NCBI GenBank assembly: GCA_028826165.1
Contig: JAPDFW010000091.1
Span: 186,001 to 250,000 of the forward strand
Source: Anaeramoeba ignava BMAN
Lineage: Eukaryota; Protista; Anaeramoebae
Direction: 5' to 3'
DNA length: 64,000 bases
In this document: one piece after another, positions 63,815 to 64,000 of the stretch
Layout: each line of letters starts with the position of its first letter
How positions within the stretch are numbered: position 1 is the first letter of the stretch
Made by a program: the position numbers and the translations under genes
Notes under the pieces: generated by a model
What the model was told of the DNA's origin: nothing
Database searches by the model: none
What the model saw: only the letters and a program-made list of their open reading frames with translations

Positions 63815-64000
63815 GTTATTTTGATTAATTTTATTTGATTTAATTTGATTTAATTTGATTTATTTCATTTGATTTTATTTGATTTAATTTGATTTCATTT
63901 AATTTGATTTCATTTAATTTCATTTAATTTGCATTTTATTTTAATTTTGATTTAATTTATTTTAATTTAATTTATTTTGATTTATTTTGATTTAATTTGA

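Overview
Very AT-rich, gene-dense eukaryotic (protist) DNA in the standard genetic code, with GT-AG spliceosomal introns. Gene content and style (SCOT/ASCT-type CoA-transferase, expanded RCC1-BTB and BTB-TLDc families, QN/EN runs) suggest an anaerobic amoeboid protist such as Anaeramoeba; this is inference, not tested. About 19 protein genes are supported: Trm10, SCOT-type CoA-transferase, a 9-exon FYVE fusion protein, MO25/CAB39, five RCC1-BTB-BTB paralogues in two clusters, a giant propeller/Ig-like/STRA6-like membrane protein, WDR44-like, actin, BTB-TLDc, RPA43-like, ribokinase, an RA-RA-PH-CH-CH scaffold, long-chain acyl-CoA synthetase, two EEP paralogues and a partial WD40 gene. Most other ORF-track entries are artefacts of simple repeats. 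Several single-base frameshifts sit in homopolymers and look like long-read consensus errors. Highlights: (1) an identical tandem pair of GC-rich, highly structured ~170-nt non-coding units with a repeated 12-nt loop motif at 55.2-55.6 kb; (2) antibody-like hypervariability confined to one face of the RCC1 propellers; (3) twin EEP enzymes differing almost only in three loops, flanking two RCC1-BTB genes next to the structured units; (4) long introns each filled with its own microsatellite.
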